Source: Botryllus schlosseri (lineage: Eukaryota). Taken from it: 64,000 bases of DNA. Below, piece after piece: positions 12,753-24,866 of the stretch (positions are counted from its first letter, which is position 1; the number at the start of each line of letters is the position of its first letter). Location: assembly GCA_051294905.1 (NCBI GenBank), contig CM119376.1, positions 16,182,001 to 16,246,000 on the forward strand. The letters run 5' to 3'. Both the position numbers and the translations under genes were made by a program. Below the pieces are notes generated by a model, which saw only the letters and a program-made list of their open reading frames with translations, was not told the origin of the DNA and did no database searches.

Positions 12753-14356
12753 TATAGACAATCAGTTATTGAGTCACTGTGACTGGATAGCAATTTAGTG
12801 AGATGCCGTGGGTACTTTCTATATAATAGGTGTTTGTACAACTAATTCGCCAAATTTGGTTGCAATTCCATGTTGTTTGTCCTTCGTTTTAGTGTTTTCT
12901 AATCGCTGCTGCAATGACAAGCATCGAACTTTGTCTGCTTTTTGGCCGTATTTCTGTACGCGCAATTTTTCATTGTGCTAGTTGAGTGCCAACAACTGTA
13001 TCCTAACCTTAATTGGTCTACGTTACCAATATTCAAGGCATTTTCATGCGTGAAAACATCGAACTTGTGATAATGTGATGGGACCATTTCATTTGAGACT
13101 TGACCCACGGTTACAGATTTTAATGCCCATAAAGTGGTTTTTCAATATCTTGAAAATAACACTATGGGTTAAGCGAAAATATCTCCTATTCTCATTTATC
13201 AAGTTTCGAGTTGTATTATTCCATAAATCGAAGCTTTAAGTATGAACACGCTTACGCTCAAATCTAATTAACAGCATGATGTGACACCCTGACATCAAGC
13301 GACAACGTTTATATAAATAGATATAATTTATACCAATATTCGAAGCCTAATGGCCGTAGATACCGCTTTGCTTCGAATGGGGTTTCTCAACCTTGTACAA
13401 TTCGTAAGTTCATTATAGCACGTGGCAGACTGGCAGTGTGTGATTGCTACCAATTGTGACACCTTTATGGATATGGAATGCTGTTAACAAACATCTAAAA
13501 TGAAGCATGAAGGTAAAATAGTCCAAGATCATGGAAGAGAAATTGTAATGCAGGACAAATGCTATCTTCATTGTTACAGTGTGTACGTACGTCGTACATA
13601 ATACCGTCGTGGCAGAAGCAAGGCCACTTCTGGTAAACCAATAATATGATGGTCTGTAATTCTCTATTCTATCGGGTGGTAGCAAATACATTCACCAGTG
13701 TTTCAAAGAGAGCTTGTAATATGAATAACAGTGAGTTTCAAAGAGCTTGTGATATGATTAACCGTGAATATATGCTAACTTGTGTCAATAATACTTGTTA
13801 CTGTGGATTTCTGTGACATGATTAAATCCTGAGGTGGCGAACTGTGCGTATCTTTTTGTAAAACCAGATGCAAGCTAGTAAAGCTAGACATGTCCAACTC
13901 CACGATGCCTGTACAGTCTCGCGCCTTATTATTTCACAGTATTACACAGAAAAAACAATTTAGATTCATCAAAAGTCAATCACATGACACATGGCGATGG
14001 TCATTATCCAATCCATAGTTAGTAGACATAGCCTTTTGCACATATTTCTTGGTCTCCACTTCACAAGATGTAGGTACTAGTGTGAATTTATGATGTACAT
14101 TCCTTGGACATGTGTTGGCTGAAATTCCTTTAATCTTTATCATTGTGTTCCCAATTTCATCCACACACTTGACCACCCTTTGATTAGCAGTGAGCCAGAC
14201 AATGGCAGTGTTAAAATGGTGACTTCCATATGGCAAGCCTTGAAACTAGAACACGTGCTTGCCCGCTTTGGAGTGACCGATACGGTTGAAATTTCTCCCT
14301 CGGATTCTTGTTAAATTCAAACATGCGTCACACCTGGCATGTTGAAGGCGTCAGTC

Positions 14357-16771
14357 CTACCTAGCAGATATTGTTTGTTTTGATGGTGTGACAGGTGTTA
14401 AAGTTAACGACTGTCGGGATTGTGGCTTAAACACCGAGTTTCGCCTTTGCTTGGCTAGTATGCTTGGTTTTGATGACGGCGGTGTAGGTCTAATGGATCC
14501 TCGGCGGTCTTGTCGGGTGTCTTGTGGCCGTCTGCTGCTCACATTCTCTAAAAATCCTGTTAAATTGTCCATTTCTGACATCAAATTTTGGGAAATGCCG
14601 TTCAACACATCACACCGGTCCCTGGTCTCCTCTTGTAATATTTTAATGTCATCCAAAAGTTTGGCATCGTTTTGCGCCGATGCCACTTCCATTGCCACAC
14701 ACACATTCCAGGCGTTCATGAAGTTTGTTTGGAGCTGTTTCAAATTTCGAAGCAGTGAGCCTTGATGCGCCCCATGCGCTTTTATATCTTTCATCAACTC
14801 GCTGATCTCTTCATCCTTTTCTTTGCGCGATTCCCCGAATCTGATATTTTCGTCTTCAACACTTTCCAATCTCCTCGTGCATTCGTATATTTCGGTGTCT
14901 TCCCGTTTAAGTTCTTGTGCGCATCTTGTCAACTGGTAGACCTGATTAACGTGACAAGATTTTAATTCGTCCTTTAATTTCTGACGTGGTTTTTCGAGTT
15001 TATCCAACATGCCTTGTGCTCTGAGTATCTGTTCTTGGACGCTCTTTTGCCTATTGCGTACCGCTACCACTTCATTTTTCAATCTTCCATATTCCTCGTT
15101 TACCGATTCAAGTTCCATCTCAAGATTTGTCACAACTGGTCTCTTTTCTTCTAAATATCTTTCTTTTTTGCCGTTTTCCGCTTCGCACATTTCTATGCTC
15201 ATCTTCAATCTCTCGATCTCCATAAGTATCTCTTTTTTCATGATGTTGAAACCCTTTTCAGTCACGTCCAACTCTACTCTTAGTTGACCTACTCTCTTTA
15301 CATTTCCAGCCACGCCCACTGTATATTCGGAGCTTTGCTGCGCCAGCAGTTTGTGTTCCCTTCGTCTCTCCTCAATTTTTTTCGTCATGTCATTCATGAA
15401 GTGTATTTGCTCGGCCCGGAATTCATCCAAAGTCTTTTCCGCATGCTCTTGCTCGTCTTGAGCTTTTTTCTTTTCGCTGGACTCGGCTTCGAGGTTGGTT
15501 TGATAATCCGTGATCTGCTGATTGAACGTCTCGACCGTCGCTCGGTGATTTTCTTCTAATTTCTCCTTGTCTTCGGCAAATTGATTGTTCTCTTGAGAGA
15601 TGCGAGCTGATTTTTCAATTTGAGACGTCGTCCTTTGCTTCACTACTTGCACTTCTCTGCCTAATTCCCGTACGGACGCATGTGCTTTCGATTTTTTCCG
15701 GTGCGCCTCCTCTTTTTTCAAAAAGACTTCGTCTTTTTCTTTCGATAATTGTTGATGTACTTCCTCCACTTGCCTGTATTCTAAATCGACCTTGGCAATT
15801 TTTTCTTCCAATGCTTTAACTTTTTCTTGATAGCCGAGATTCTGCCGGTCTCTCACTGCTTCGAGTCCAACAACCTCTTCCGATTTCTCTTGATTTAGAA
15901 TCTTCTCTCTGTTTATCGTTTCCGCTAGTTGAATGCTCTGCATTTCCAGCCTTGCCTTGGAGTTCTCTGTTCTTCGGACATCTTTCAGGACAATGTCCAA
16001 CCGAGCGTTAATGACTACAATTTTCTCCTGAATCTCATCCGCCGTTTGTTTCACCTCGGCATTTTTTTCGTTTTGTACTTTTATGGCGTCCTGAGTTTTT
16101 AAAATCTCAGACTCCAGCTGCGCTTGCTCTGCAAATGCCTCTTTGTGAAATGCGGCCATGTCATCCTGGAGATTTTTCATTCCAAGGTCGAATTCCGTCA
16201 AATGTGATTTTGTCTCCCTGAACTGGTCTTTTGTTTCGTTCAATTTAATTTGCCTACTCGCCTTATCTGCCATTCTCTGGTTCAGTGCTGCAATCAATTC
16301 GTCGTGATGACGTGTAACTAATTCTCTTTCTGGCAGGTATTTGGCATTTTCTTTTTGCAGTACTTGCTGTTTCATGAGAGTCGCTCTAGTCTCTTCGGTT
16401 GCAGAGTTCATCTGGCTCTGAAGTGACTCAATTGTTGACTTATTCCCGTTCCTTGCTGCCAGCACAGCTTGTTCCAACTGTTTCTGGTACTCTGTCGGCA
16501 AATTTTTAAGTGCATGTCGCTTGATGCTTGCGTTTATGGTCTGCACTTCCAGCTTGTCATGGAGATCCAGTCTTTCTGATTCAAGATCGGACAAGTTTGT
16601 AGCTAGATGTTGGAAGCTCTCTTGTAGATCTTCAGTGAACTCCACGGTCTGAATTAAGCTTGTAGCGAGTTGCTCGATTTCGCTCACTGCATTGTCAACG
16701 GACAGGGAGGTTTTTCTGATCTGCATTGAATTGTCTTCTGAATCATTGATTGTCTCGTTGCTACGATCCAT
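14357..16771 (-). CDS. CCDC175: Coiled-coil domain protein, CCDC175-like, 804 aa in one uninterrupted ORF
   Basis: Long heptad-rich ORF. The segments DKLEVQTINASIKRHALKNLPTEYQKQLEQAVLAARNGN and LIAALNQRMADKASRQIKLNET resemble the recalled CCDC175 N-terminal half; length is similar (~800 aa). Confidence 0.75.
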   Translation of the reverse strand: MDRSNETINDSEDNSMQIRKTSLSVDNAVSEIEQLATSLIQTVEFTEDLQESFQHLATNLSDLESERLDLHDKLEVQTINASIKRHALKNLPTEYQKQLEQAVLAARNGNKSTIESLQSQMNSATEETRATLMKQQVLQKENAKYLPERELVTRHHDELIAALNQRMADKASRQIKLNETKDQFRETKSHLTEFDLGMKNLQDDMAAFHKEAFAEQAQLESEILKTQDAIKVQNEKNAEVKQTADEIQEKIVVINARLDIVLKDVRRTENSKARLEMQSIQLAETINREKILNQEKSEEVVGLEAVRDRQNLGYQEKVKALEEKIAKVDLEYRQVEEVHQQLSKEKDEVFLKKEEAHRKKSKAHASVRELGREVQVVKQRTTSQIEKSARISQENNQFAEDKEKLEENHRATVETFNQQITDYQTNLEAESSEKKKAQDEQEHAEKTLDEFRAEQIHFMNDMTKKIEERRREHKLLAQQSSEYTVGVAGNVKRVGQLRVELDVTEKGFNIMKKEILMEIERLKMSIEMCEAENGKKERYLEEKRPVVTNLEMELESVNEEYGRLKNEVVAVRNRQKSVQEQILRAQGMLDKLEKPRQKLKDELKSCHVNQVYQLTRCAQELKREDTEIYECTRRLESVEDENIRFGESRKEKDEEISELMKDIKAHGAHQGSLLRNLKQLQTNFMNAWNVCVAMEVASAQNDAKLLDDIKILQEETRDRCDVLNGISQNLMSEMDNLTGFLENVSSRRPQDTRQDRRGSIRPTPPSSKPSILAKQRRNSVFKPQSRQSLTLTPVTPSKQTISAR

Positions 16772-17204
16772 TTCAGGTTTATTACGGAACCTATGGTCCT
16801 AGTGAAAAAAGTAGATACAACTCGATGTAATCTAATTACTCAAATTTCCGCAACCAAACTTTGGTCATGATAATAAACTCAACTCGGTTAGATAAAAACC
16901 CTCGACCCTCACGAATCGTGACTTAAATTAACCTTCCAACAAATCCTCCGGTAAGGACTCATTTCCATAGTTACAAATGCTATAGTATCGCTTCATTGAT
17001 CAGGAAGTTAAAAATTTAAGCTCGATGGTCAGACAGGCAGATTATTTATTTGTACGATGGGAGTTTACTGTTTACATATAGTAAAATTCGAAGTGGTATT
17101 AAATTTTTTGAAAATAATTGTAACTTGGTTTAACTCTAAACTTTATTAATGACTTTACATATGCTATATTTGTACGATGAGAGTTTATAAATGCTATGTT
17201 TATA

Positions 17205-18774
17205 TCATCATCATTGGTTTATTAGCAATTTTTATCAGTTCAATACACCACAAAAATGCGATACGATGAAAAGATAGGAAGGTGTCGAAGCGACTTGGAG
17301 TAGTCTATGGAATGAGACACCAACCGTGGCCTAAGCGATGTAAACAGGAGGCATGCACACTGAATGAAAAGTAAAGAAGATAGTATAGAAATAAGCAAGC
17401 AACAAGAAATGTGGTGGCACGTCAAGGAAGGCGAGATCGATAGGTCAGTCGTGGTCCGGTAACCTTGAGGATGGACTAGTATTCATTTAGTAGTAATTTC
17501 TTGAATTTCGACTTGAATCTGGACATGCTCGTCGACAGTCGGATTGCCGGCTGGATACTGTTCCACACATTTGGTCCGGCATATTTGATAGAGCGATGAT
17601 CTTTTCGCTCGATCATATGATATTTGGACGACGTGGACGCGCGTGTGTTGTACTTATGCGCTTTTGATTCCGAGGTAAAAAAGTCATTGAAATGTTCGGG
17701 ACAACGACCGCAGTGGAACTGATATAGATAAACTTGGCGATTTCTAGTTTCCGCATATCTTCGGTGTTTAGGACAGCAGCGACTTGTTGGAAGGACAACC
17801 AAGCCCCTGTGGGGCCCTAGCTATAGTACTGAGTACCTTATGTTGTAGTTTTTGCAGTGGCTCGCGAGTGCAGTTTTACTGGCAGCACCCCAGCAGATGA
17901 TGCCATATTGTAAATTTGATTGGATTAAGGATTTAAAGAGTATTAGAAGAACCCTGGATAGCATGTAGCGTCTAAGGCTGTAGGCCGCACTTCGGGGAAA
18001 TTTAAGGAGCTGAATATGACTCCTCCAGGACATGTCCGAGTCCAGTAAAACACCCCGAGATATTTGACATTATTTGTGTTGGATACGGGCTGAGTAGCGA
18101 TGTTAACGGTTGGGTTATTTTTTGAATTTACTGTCAGCAATTGGGATTTCGAGGCGTTTACGCAAAGGTTATTTTGGGCCGTCCATGCACTTTGGGCATA
18201 TGGTCACTATAGTCAGGGCATCCAGCTCTGCCGTCGATGATGCGGAAGAGAGGAGGTGAGTATCATCAGTGAACAGTGTGGTGTTCAATGGGGAGGTTTC
18301 AAAAATGTCGTTGACATATAAGGTTAAGCGGACCGGTCCAAAGTACTGAGCCTTGGGGCAGGCTTACACCACAGGTTACCAGGTGAGAAGAAGACATGGT
18401 GTTTGATATTGCAACCATTTGTTGGCGTCCAGTGAGGTAACTTCTCGTGAGCTCAAGTTGTGGGCCCCGAAATCCGTAACGCGCCGATTTCGAGATCCGA
18501 ATTAATTATGATCTACGCAGTCAAACGCTTTTTTTAGGTCGAGAAAAATGCTTCATCCCACATTTCGCTTCTCTGAGATATCATAATACTGTTCAGCCAC
18601 TGTTAACAGGGCATGTGAGGTTTGGTGTTTGTTTCGGAAGCCAAATTGTAGAGGGTAAATGACAGACATTTCGGTAAGGAATGAGGATAGGCGGGAGAGG
18701 AGCAACTTTTCGAATGCAACCCCGATGCATGGGAGAACGGATATCGGACGGTAGTTGGTGACATTAGTTCTATT
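17205..18774 (-). mobile_element. 5'-truncated, frameshifted non-LTR retrotransposon (CR1/L2-group LINE): RT domain, C-terminus, 3' UTR and (TGA)n tail
   Basis: Minus-strand motifs NYRPISVLP, QFGFR, FLDLKKAFDCVDH, PQGSVL, LFTDD, VKYLGV, HKYNTR..SIKYAGPNVWNSI; stop at 17476; 3' UTR ~17215-17475 also occurs at 56599-56882 and ~49615-49760. Confidence 0.92.
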
Positions 18775-18952
18775 GTCAAATTCGAAGTGGTATTAGCTTT
18801 ATTGAAAATGATTGTAACTTGGTTTAACTCTAATTGCGGTAAGGGCTACTGATGATCTGTATTGAGTCATTTACGAAGCCTTTCTTTTTCTTCGGTAAAG
18901 GGCAATGATATAGCATATGGCCTATCATTGGTAAAGTGATACAGTGATAAAC

Positions 18953-19154
18953 TAGGGTTATCCAGCTCCCGAAATAGCCGCCGAAGCGTCCCTTCAGTGC
19001 AGATTTACTGCATTTTGCCCTATATTTAACCAAAATTCTCAAAAAATAGGACAAAATCTCACAAAAAGAGGACATTTGGGCGTCCTCTGAGGACACTTTC
19101 AAAAAGTCAAAAAAGAGGGAAAATCCTCGTAAAAGAGGACGTGTGGTAACCCTA
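18953..19154. mobile_element. Small hAT MITE (TAGGGTTACCA family)
   Basis: Ends TAGGGTTA...TGGTAACCCTA; flanks TGATAAAC/TGATAAAT; GAGGAC subterminal repeats; related ends at ~21180-21254 and ~45562-45660. Confidence 0.75.
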
Positions 19155-20708
19155 TGATAAATTTTTGTCTTTCAAAAGCTGGATAATGAATTATATTTTT
19201 ACAATATGTACAGAAATACTCAAACCATTTGAAACAAATTTTGTTTATACTTTCTCTTCTTCAAGGGAGAAGACTCGCATGATTACCGCCGTCAGGTGTC
19301 TCGTGCGCGTTGACTGTCTCTGATTGCGTCATGGCTTTCATGTGTTTCCCATCCCTGGACTTCAGCGTGTCTGTAAGAAGTAGAGATATAGTAATTTTCA
19401 CTACGGTTCCTTGACGAAATAGTTGACTGGAGTTATGAACATTGCAAGCATTATATAATTCTTTCGTGACATTAGCAAGGCTTTATTCCCCAGCGTGTGT
19501 TCCGGGAAGTCCAAAAAGGAGAGTGACGTACCGGTACTTGATATTTTCGCGATAGTGATAATCCATGTACGGTCGAGTTGAACAACACACCAACAGATCT
19601 GTGTAGAGTACATTGAGTACTAATATAATTTTCCTGATATAGGTAATTTTATGAACAAATGTTGAGCAACATAGGCTGCACCCAAGACCACTGTCAATTG
19701 CTGTATACGAGATGGTGGGATTTGCGTGTACTTTTGATCATTTTACAATGTACAATAATTTGCTTGTTGAAGTAATACCAGGTACAAGCATTAGATAAAT
19801 TATAATAGATACCATTTCTAAATTCTGTTCACACAACTATAATTCCTGGTCTAATTGCGTTAGGAATCTTGTAGTACCCTATAGCTTATGCACTTTAACT
19901 TGGATATCGGCCAATCGCACCAAATAGTTATCTGACAAATGATAAGACTGGGTCTTGCATTACAATCACAACTGGAATTGTGCAAGAACCCAACTCAACT
20001 TATAAATACAGCTCTGGCCAGTATGAAATCGGTGTCAACGGCACACAGGATCACGTCACGCCGACTTGTTCCTTGCCCATTGGTGACAACAGGACACTTC
20101 GACCAAGGCGTATCAGACCACAAATTATACACTCATTTTCATATTTTAATTGACTGGAATCGCTGTCCGTTTTGCCTGATATATCCGGTGAGCAGCGATG
20201 ATTCTCCAAGTTGAAGTAATTTAATAAAAAGTATTTAATAAATGAAACATAGTGTGAGCACAGGACACCGATTCCATACATGCGATATATACATGACAAG
20301 ACATATTGTAAATAGGATATTTGACACAAATTTGTCTCTGTATCAGCAAAGCATAAATGACTTGCAGTTTTAAAGCCTCGTGAACGTGAGCATAAACTGT
20401 GTACGATTTCTTTTCTATTAATACGTCACTGAATCAGTGTTTGTCCTGATTACAATAATGGGTAATCATACTAATCCTAATCCCTGCTGCTTCTCTATAG
20501 TCTGGGGATAACTGTGTGCTTACAACAGATGGGCTCATTACCCCGTGCGCTCACACGTGTTCCAAATAGTAGAAATCAGCTTAATGTACTATTCCATATG
20601 AAAAATTTCACATACTCACTAAATTATTGACATAACTTCAATCATACAATGACGAATTCCATGTTCTCTTTTGTAGCTGAATAGTCGAACAACCTAAAAA
20701 CCGTAATC

Positions 20709-23700
20709 ATGCCGATAAGTTGCCGGTATTATAAAGACCGATTTCCAGAGGTGGAAGATGTAGTCATGGTCAATGTCCGGTCGATCGCCGAAATGGGAGC
20801 ATACGTCAAATTATTAGAATACAACAATATCGAAGGAATGATACTGCTGAGCGAGTTATCTCGAAGGCGTATTCGATCGATCAACAAGCTGATCAGAGTG
20901 GGTCGTGATGAATGTGTAGTTGTTATAAGAGTGGACAAAGAGAAGGGTGAATATCGCAAAGATGTCAAATTGATATATACATATTAATTCTATGTCTGTA
21001 TGTGTAGGTTAAAGTCTTGTTATAATCGATGCGCTTTATGAATTTGTATTATAATGTCTATTACGGAAATGTTGTTCGCAATCCAGTTTATAGCAGTATG
21101 ACAAGAGTGATCTGATAAGAGCATTCATGATTTGGTGTGGTGATTGCTCATCAATGTCTCAAGTATGGTCATCACTTCCGTTCGACTCCCGACATTTTCG
21201 AAAACCTGAAAAAATAGGAGAAATCCTCCTAAAGGAGGACGTATGGTAACCCTACACATAACCCAACACAGCTATCACATGGCCCTTGCCACTATCTTGT
21301 GACAAACTGAGAATAATTAATGATACAAATAAAACATCACCAGGAAATATGTCTGAATTCATTTTTATTTGTGGTAAACTTGGTTACATTGGAAGCAAAG
21401 TTTAGGATATGGATTCCAACATCAGATATTGAAACTTTTTCTATAAACTATATTGATATTGTCCTAGGATACATTGATCTTTCAAAAAGAAGAGTGTCGA
21501 CAGAAGAGGCGAAGAAATGCGAGAACAAATATTCCAAAGCAAAATGTGTATGTATCGTTGCGTCTAGTTATCTAATCATTTATCCGTTCGATAAGAATAA
21601 AATTATTGTGGCCAACTTGATCTTTCACAGATATACAGCATTATCCGTCACACCGCCGAGCTGCTTGATTTTGAATCCGATGAGCAGTTTGAAGATTTTT
21701 TCGACCGAACAGCTTGGACTCTCGATACGAAGTATCGAAGATCGACCGAACTGTATCCCGCCTCGTATGATGTATTTAAGAAAGCCATCGAGTGAGTGTT
21801 AGAATAGAGGGTACTGACACTGGACAGTTTTTATGCGCACTATTGCTCAGTGTTGTTCTAGCTAATTCTTGTAAGGTCGAATATGGCCAGTCGTTGCCAA
21901 CTAGTAATCCTGGCCATATTTAATCTCGACTCTTTGGTCCTCCTCCCCCTCGGTGCTTCAGCCACTGATCAAAAAGAGCCCTCAGGAGAAGGTTGAGCGG
22001 GCTGGTTTGCCGACTCTTGCTTGAAAATATTGTTAAACCTGAACATCTAACAAACCAATAGATTATAACTTCACAAGAATCATGAAAACTTTTGATGCTA
22101 AGTAAGAACCTGATGCTAAGATATCTCATTTCTTGTGGCGCCCTGTCAATTACAAACAAGTGTCTACGGTCCGGAGTCATAGAGTGATCACATTGCATAT
22201 TAGTGGTGTTCAAAAATTATATTTTTTCTCAAATTATACAGGCTACTTGATAAAATTGTTGGGTTACCTAATTAAAGGCTGCACACCAAGTTTGGTTCAA
22301 TTCGAACCAGTAGCCGTATTGCTACAAGAGAAGAAAGTTTTTTATTTATTTAGAAACGTAAACAAAAAAGATTTCAAAATTTTCTCTTCACCCCATGGAA
22401 TTGTTGGGTTGTCTATAGAAACGATGCTCACCAAATTTGGCTCAATTCCAACCAGTGGAAGCGCAGTTACGGCTGTCGAAAAATTTGGATTTGAATAAAA
22501 TAGTATTTACGGTGGCTAATTCCATAGTTATTTCTTATAAGTCTGCCCACCGTAAATACTATTTATATACCAAATTTGGTGTGCAGCCTTTAATTAGGTA
22601 ACATACCAATTTTATCAAGTAGCCTGTACAATTTGAGAAAGAAGTCATATTTGAACGCCCCTATTGCACATGCAAAACTATGGTGATTTGGCCCGATTTT
22701 GGTATCTCATCTCATGTTAAATATACTGTCACATAACCCCTGCACATGTCATACGTGTTACCCTACAGTACAGACTATGAACACTTCATACTTATGGTCT
22801 AGATCGGTTATCAAGCACAAAATACCTTCATCACCTCCCTTAAGAATAGAGGTAATCACTTCAGTTACCTTTTCATTACACTTTTCTTAGTATGTAAGTA
22901 GGTTGTATCCACTTACCCAAGTAGTTTGCATGTATACTACTTTTACTTCAACAGTTTTTTTTCTCCTGGGGGGCGATATCGCCCACTTTGTGAACCACTG
23001 GTCTAGATTTTCAATTACTCTATCAATTTTAACATATATTCATGGTTTGTTTCGAACGGTATGTCCAAGAAGAGCAAGAGTTTAACAAGTGCATCAAAAT
23101 GATGCCGGTTGTCATTACTTCAACAGCGACCCGTCCGTATTAGATGAACTGCAAATTAGCGATCAAGAGAGATCTGTCCTTATGAAAAATATCAGGCGGC
23201 GTTTGACACCTCAAGCCATGAAGATACGTTCAGGTATTTTGGGTTTCATCCGCCGTTAATTTAATGCAAGAAGTGGTTTCAAATGCACATCGTAATGTGC
23301 CACAGATATCGAAGTGTCGTGCTACACTTACGAAGGCGTCGATGCGGTTAAGAACGCTCTTCTCAAAGGAATAGACTGCTCGACCGAGGAACATACAATA
23401 AGGGTAACTCGATTTGGATCAGTTTGTGACTTGAGAACGGTTTTCGCATTCCCTTACTTTTGTAGATCAATTTGATCGCACCACCACTTTACGTTCTCAC
23501 CACGCAATCACTGGATCGTCAACTTGGATTGAGCACAATGAAGAATTGTCTTGATGTAATAGAGAAGGCGATAACGGCTTCGAGCGGGAATTTCAAAGTC
23601 AAGAAAGAGGTGTCGTCATTATACTTGAACTTATACTTCTCTAGGTTACCTGCATAGAATTGTTGGGAAGGAAGAATGGATTTTAGTCAGAGTTATACCA

Positions 23701-24866
23701 CTACTAACCTAGTTAGTTGATGATGGTAAACTAACCCGGTGGTTCTCAAGCCCCTGTCCGTGGAACGTTTCTTGCTGGTCCAACAAATATATTTCACATC
23801 TCAATTGAAAATTCAAGAGGTTGGACGCTTGTCTATGATTTGGAGAAAGGGAACAGCACATTTTTAATTGATTTAGAAATTTGAACTACGGAATGCTTCC
23901 ATGTTAATAGTGTTCAAGGTCTACATTGAACTAGTAGCGTGTGTCACACGGCTGCAAGTGGTGCAAGGAACTATTTCAAAAGTATCCCACAATTCGTTTA
24001 TGATCGGTGCAAGCTAAGCACACTTTTTGAACGACATTCATCAAATTTCGACAGTATAATACTGGCTAGCAGACGGCAGAGTTTCATTTCCTTGAAAGAA
24101 AACAAAGATTAAAATCAGTTTTTAAAGAACTTCGCCTTGCAGAAACCTCAATATAGAACCACGTATGTGTCCAAAAGGCAGCGATAAATGAAGTATTTTA
24201 AGATATTTTGATTTGAAGGTTGACCAGTCCAAATTTGTTTCAAAGTTTTACCGGTCTGCGATCTGAAAACGTTTGAGAACCACCGATCTAACTACTGTTT
24301 TTTAAAGAGCTTCTTGGAGGTATAGAACTTCAATATACAATTGAATAATATATTCAATTGTTTGTTTTTTAGTAGTTCTAATTGTGAAGTTTTGAAATCT
24401 AGTAATTTGAACAAGCCGGACTTTAGCACATGAAAAGTTCAAAATATTTGGTCCACGGATTTGATCGAATCAGCCAACACCCGATATGCTGTCTGTCCTG
24501 AGCTCTCGATTGCAACAAAGAATCATTTCATTATTATCCCTCGGTTTGATTGGAAGGTGCTGGAAAATCAGTCGGCCTATGCCGCGGTAACCAACTTGTT
24601 CCTGATGCTTTGGTATAATGAATGAGCAAATAGCATCCATACTCGTCGCTCAGTGTTAAAAAGATGTTTTGACTGGGCAGGCATGTTTGTATAATGTTTA
24701 GAAGTATCAGTGTAGTCATTGGTATTGAATCGTATCATTTATTTTTTAGCCCAAAGTTGTGACGGACGTTGACGATATCGAGCTGCAGAAGAAACTGGAA
24801 CAGTTGGCGATTATGAACGAGGAAGTCGACGGCGACGACGATAACTCCGATGAGTACGACGATTAG
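20709..24866 (+). CDS. EIF2S1: Eukaryotic translation initiation factor 2 subunit alpha, 314 aa. Exons: 20709-20946, 21468-21547, 21631-21791, 23127-23233, 23306-23403, 23466-23609, 24750-24866
   Basis: [49 protein letters not shown] (regulatory Ser intact), [52 protein letters not shown] and an acidic tail. 945 nt in total, all GT-AG, phases consistent. Confidence 0.98.
22203..22661. mobile_element. Tc1/mariner-like fold-back MITE in EIF2S1 intron 3
   Basis: ~110-bp inverted arms (22203-22316 vs 22569-22661), TA on both flanks, internal hairpin 22498-22565. Related single ends at ~32450-32747, ~36050-36167 and 56274-~56590. Confidence 0.8.
23737..24285. mobile_element. hAT (Charlie/Buster-like) MITE in EIF2S1 intron 6
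   Basis: TIR CGGTGGTTCTCAA...TTGAGAACCACCG; flanks AACTAACC/ATCTAACT (6/8, central TA). Confidence 0.8.

Noticed and set aside
13976-14236. 86-aa minus-strand ORF downstream of CCDC175
   Set aside because: No recognisable motif, TTG start, and it is not in phase with the candidate CCDC175 donor.
21320-21802. 160-aa ORF
   Set aside because: Chimeric read-through of EIF2S1 intron and exon sequence; only 21468-21547 is in the true frame.
21879-21920. 11-bp hairpin AATATGGCCAG/CTGGCCATATT in EIF2S1 intron 3 as a micro-MITE or small RNA
   Set aside because: No flanking TSD, no C/D or H/ACA boxes, and too short for a pre-miRNA.
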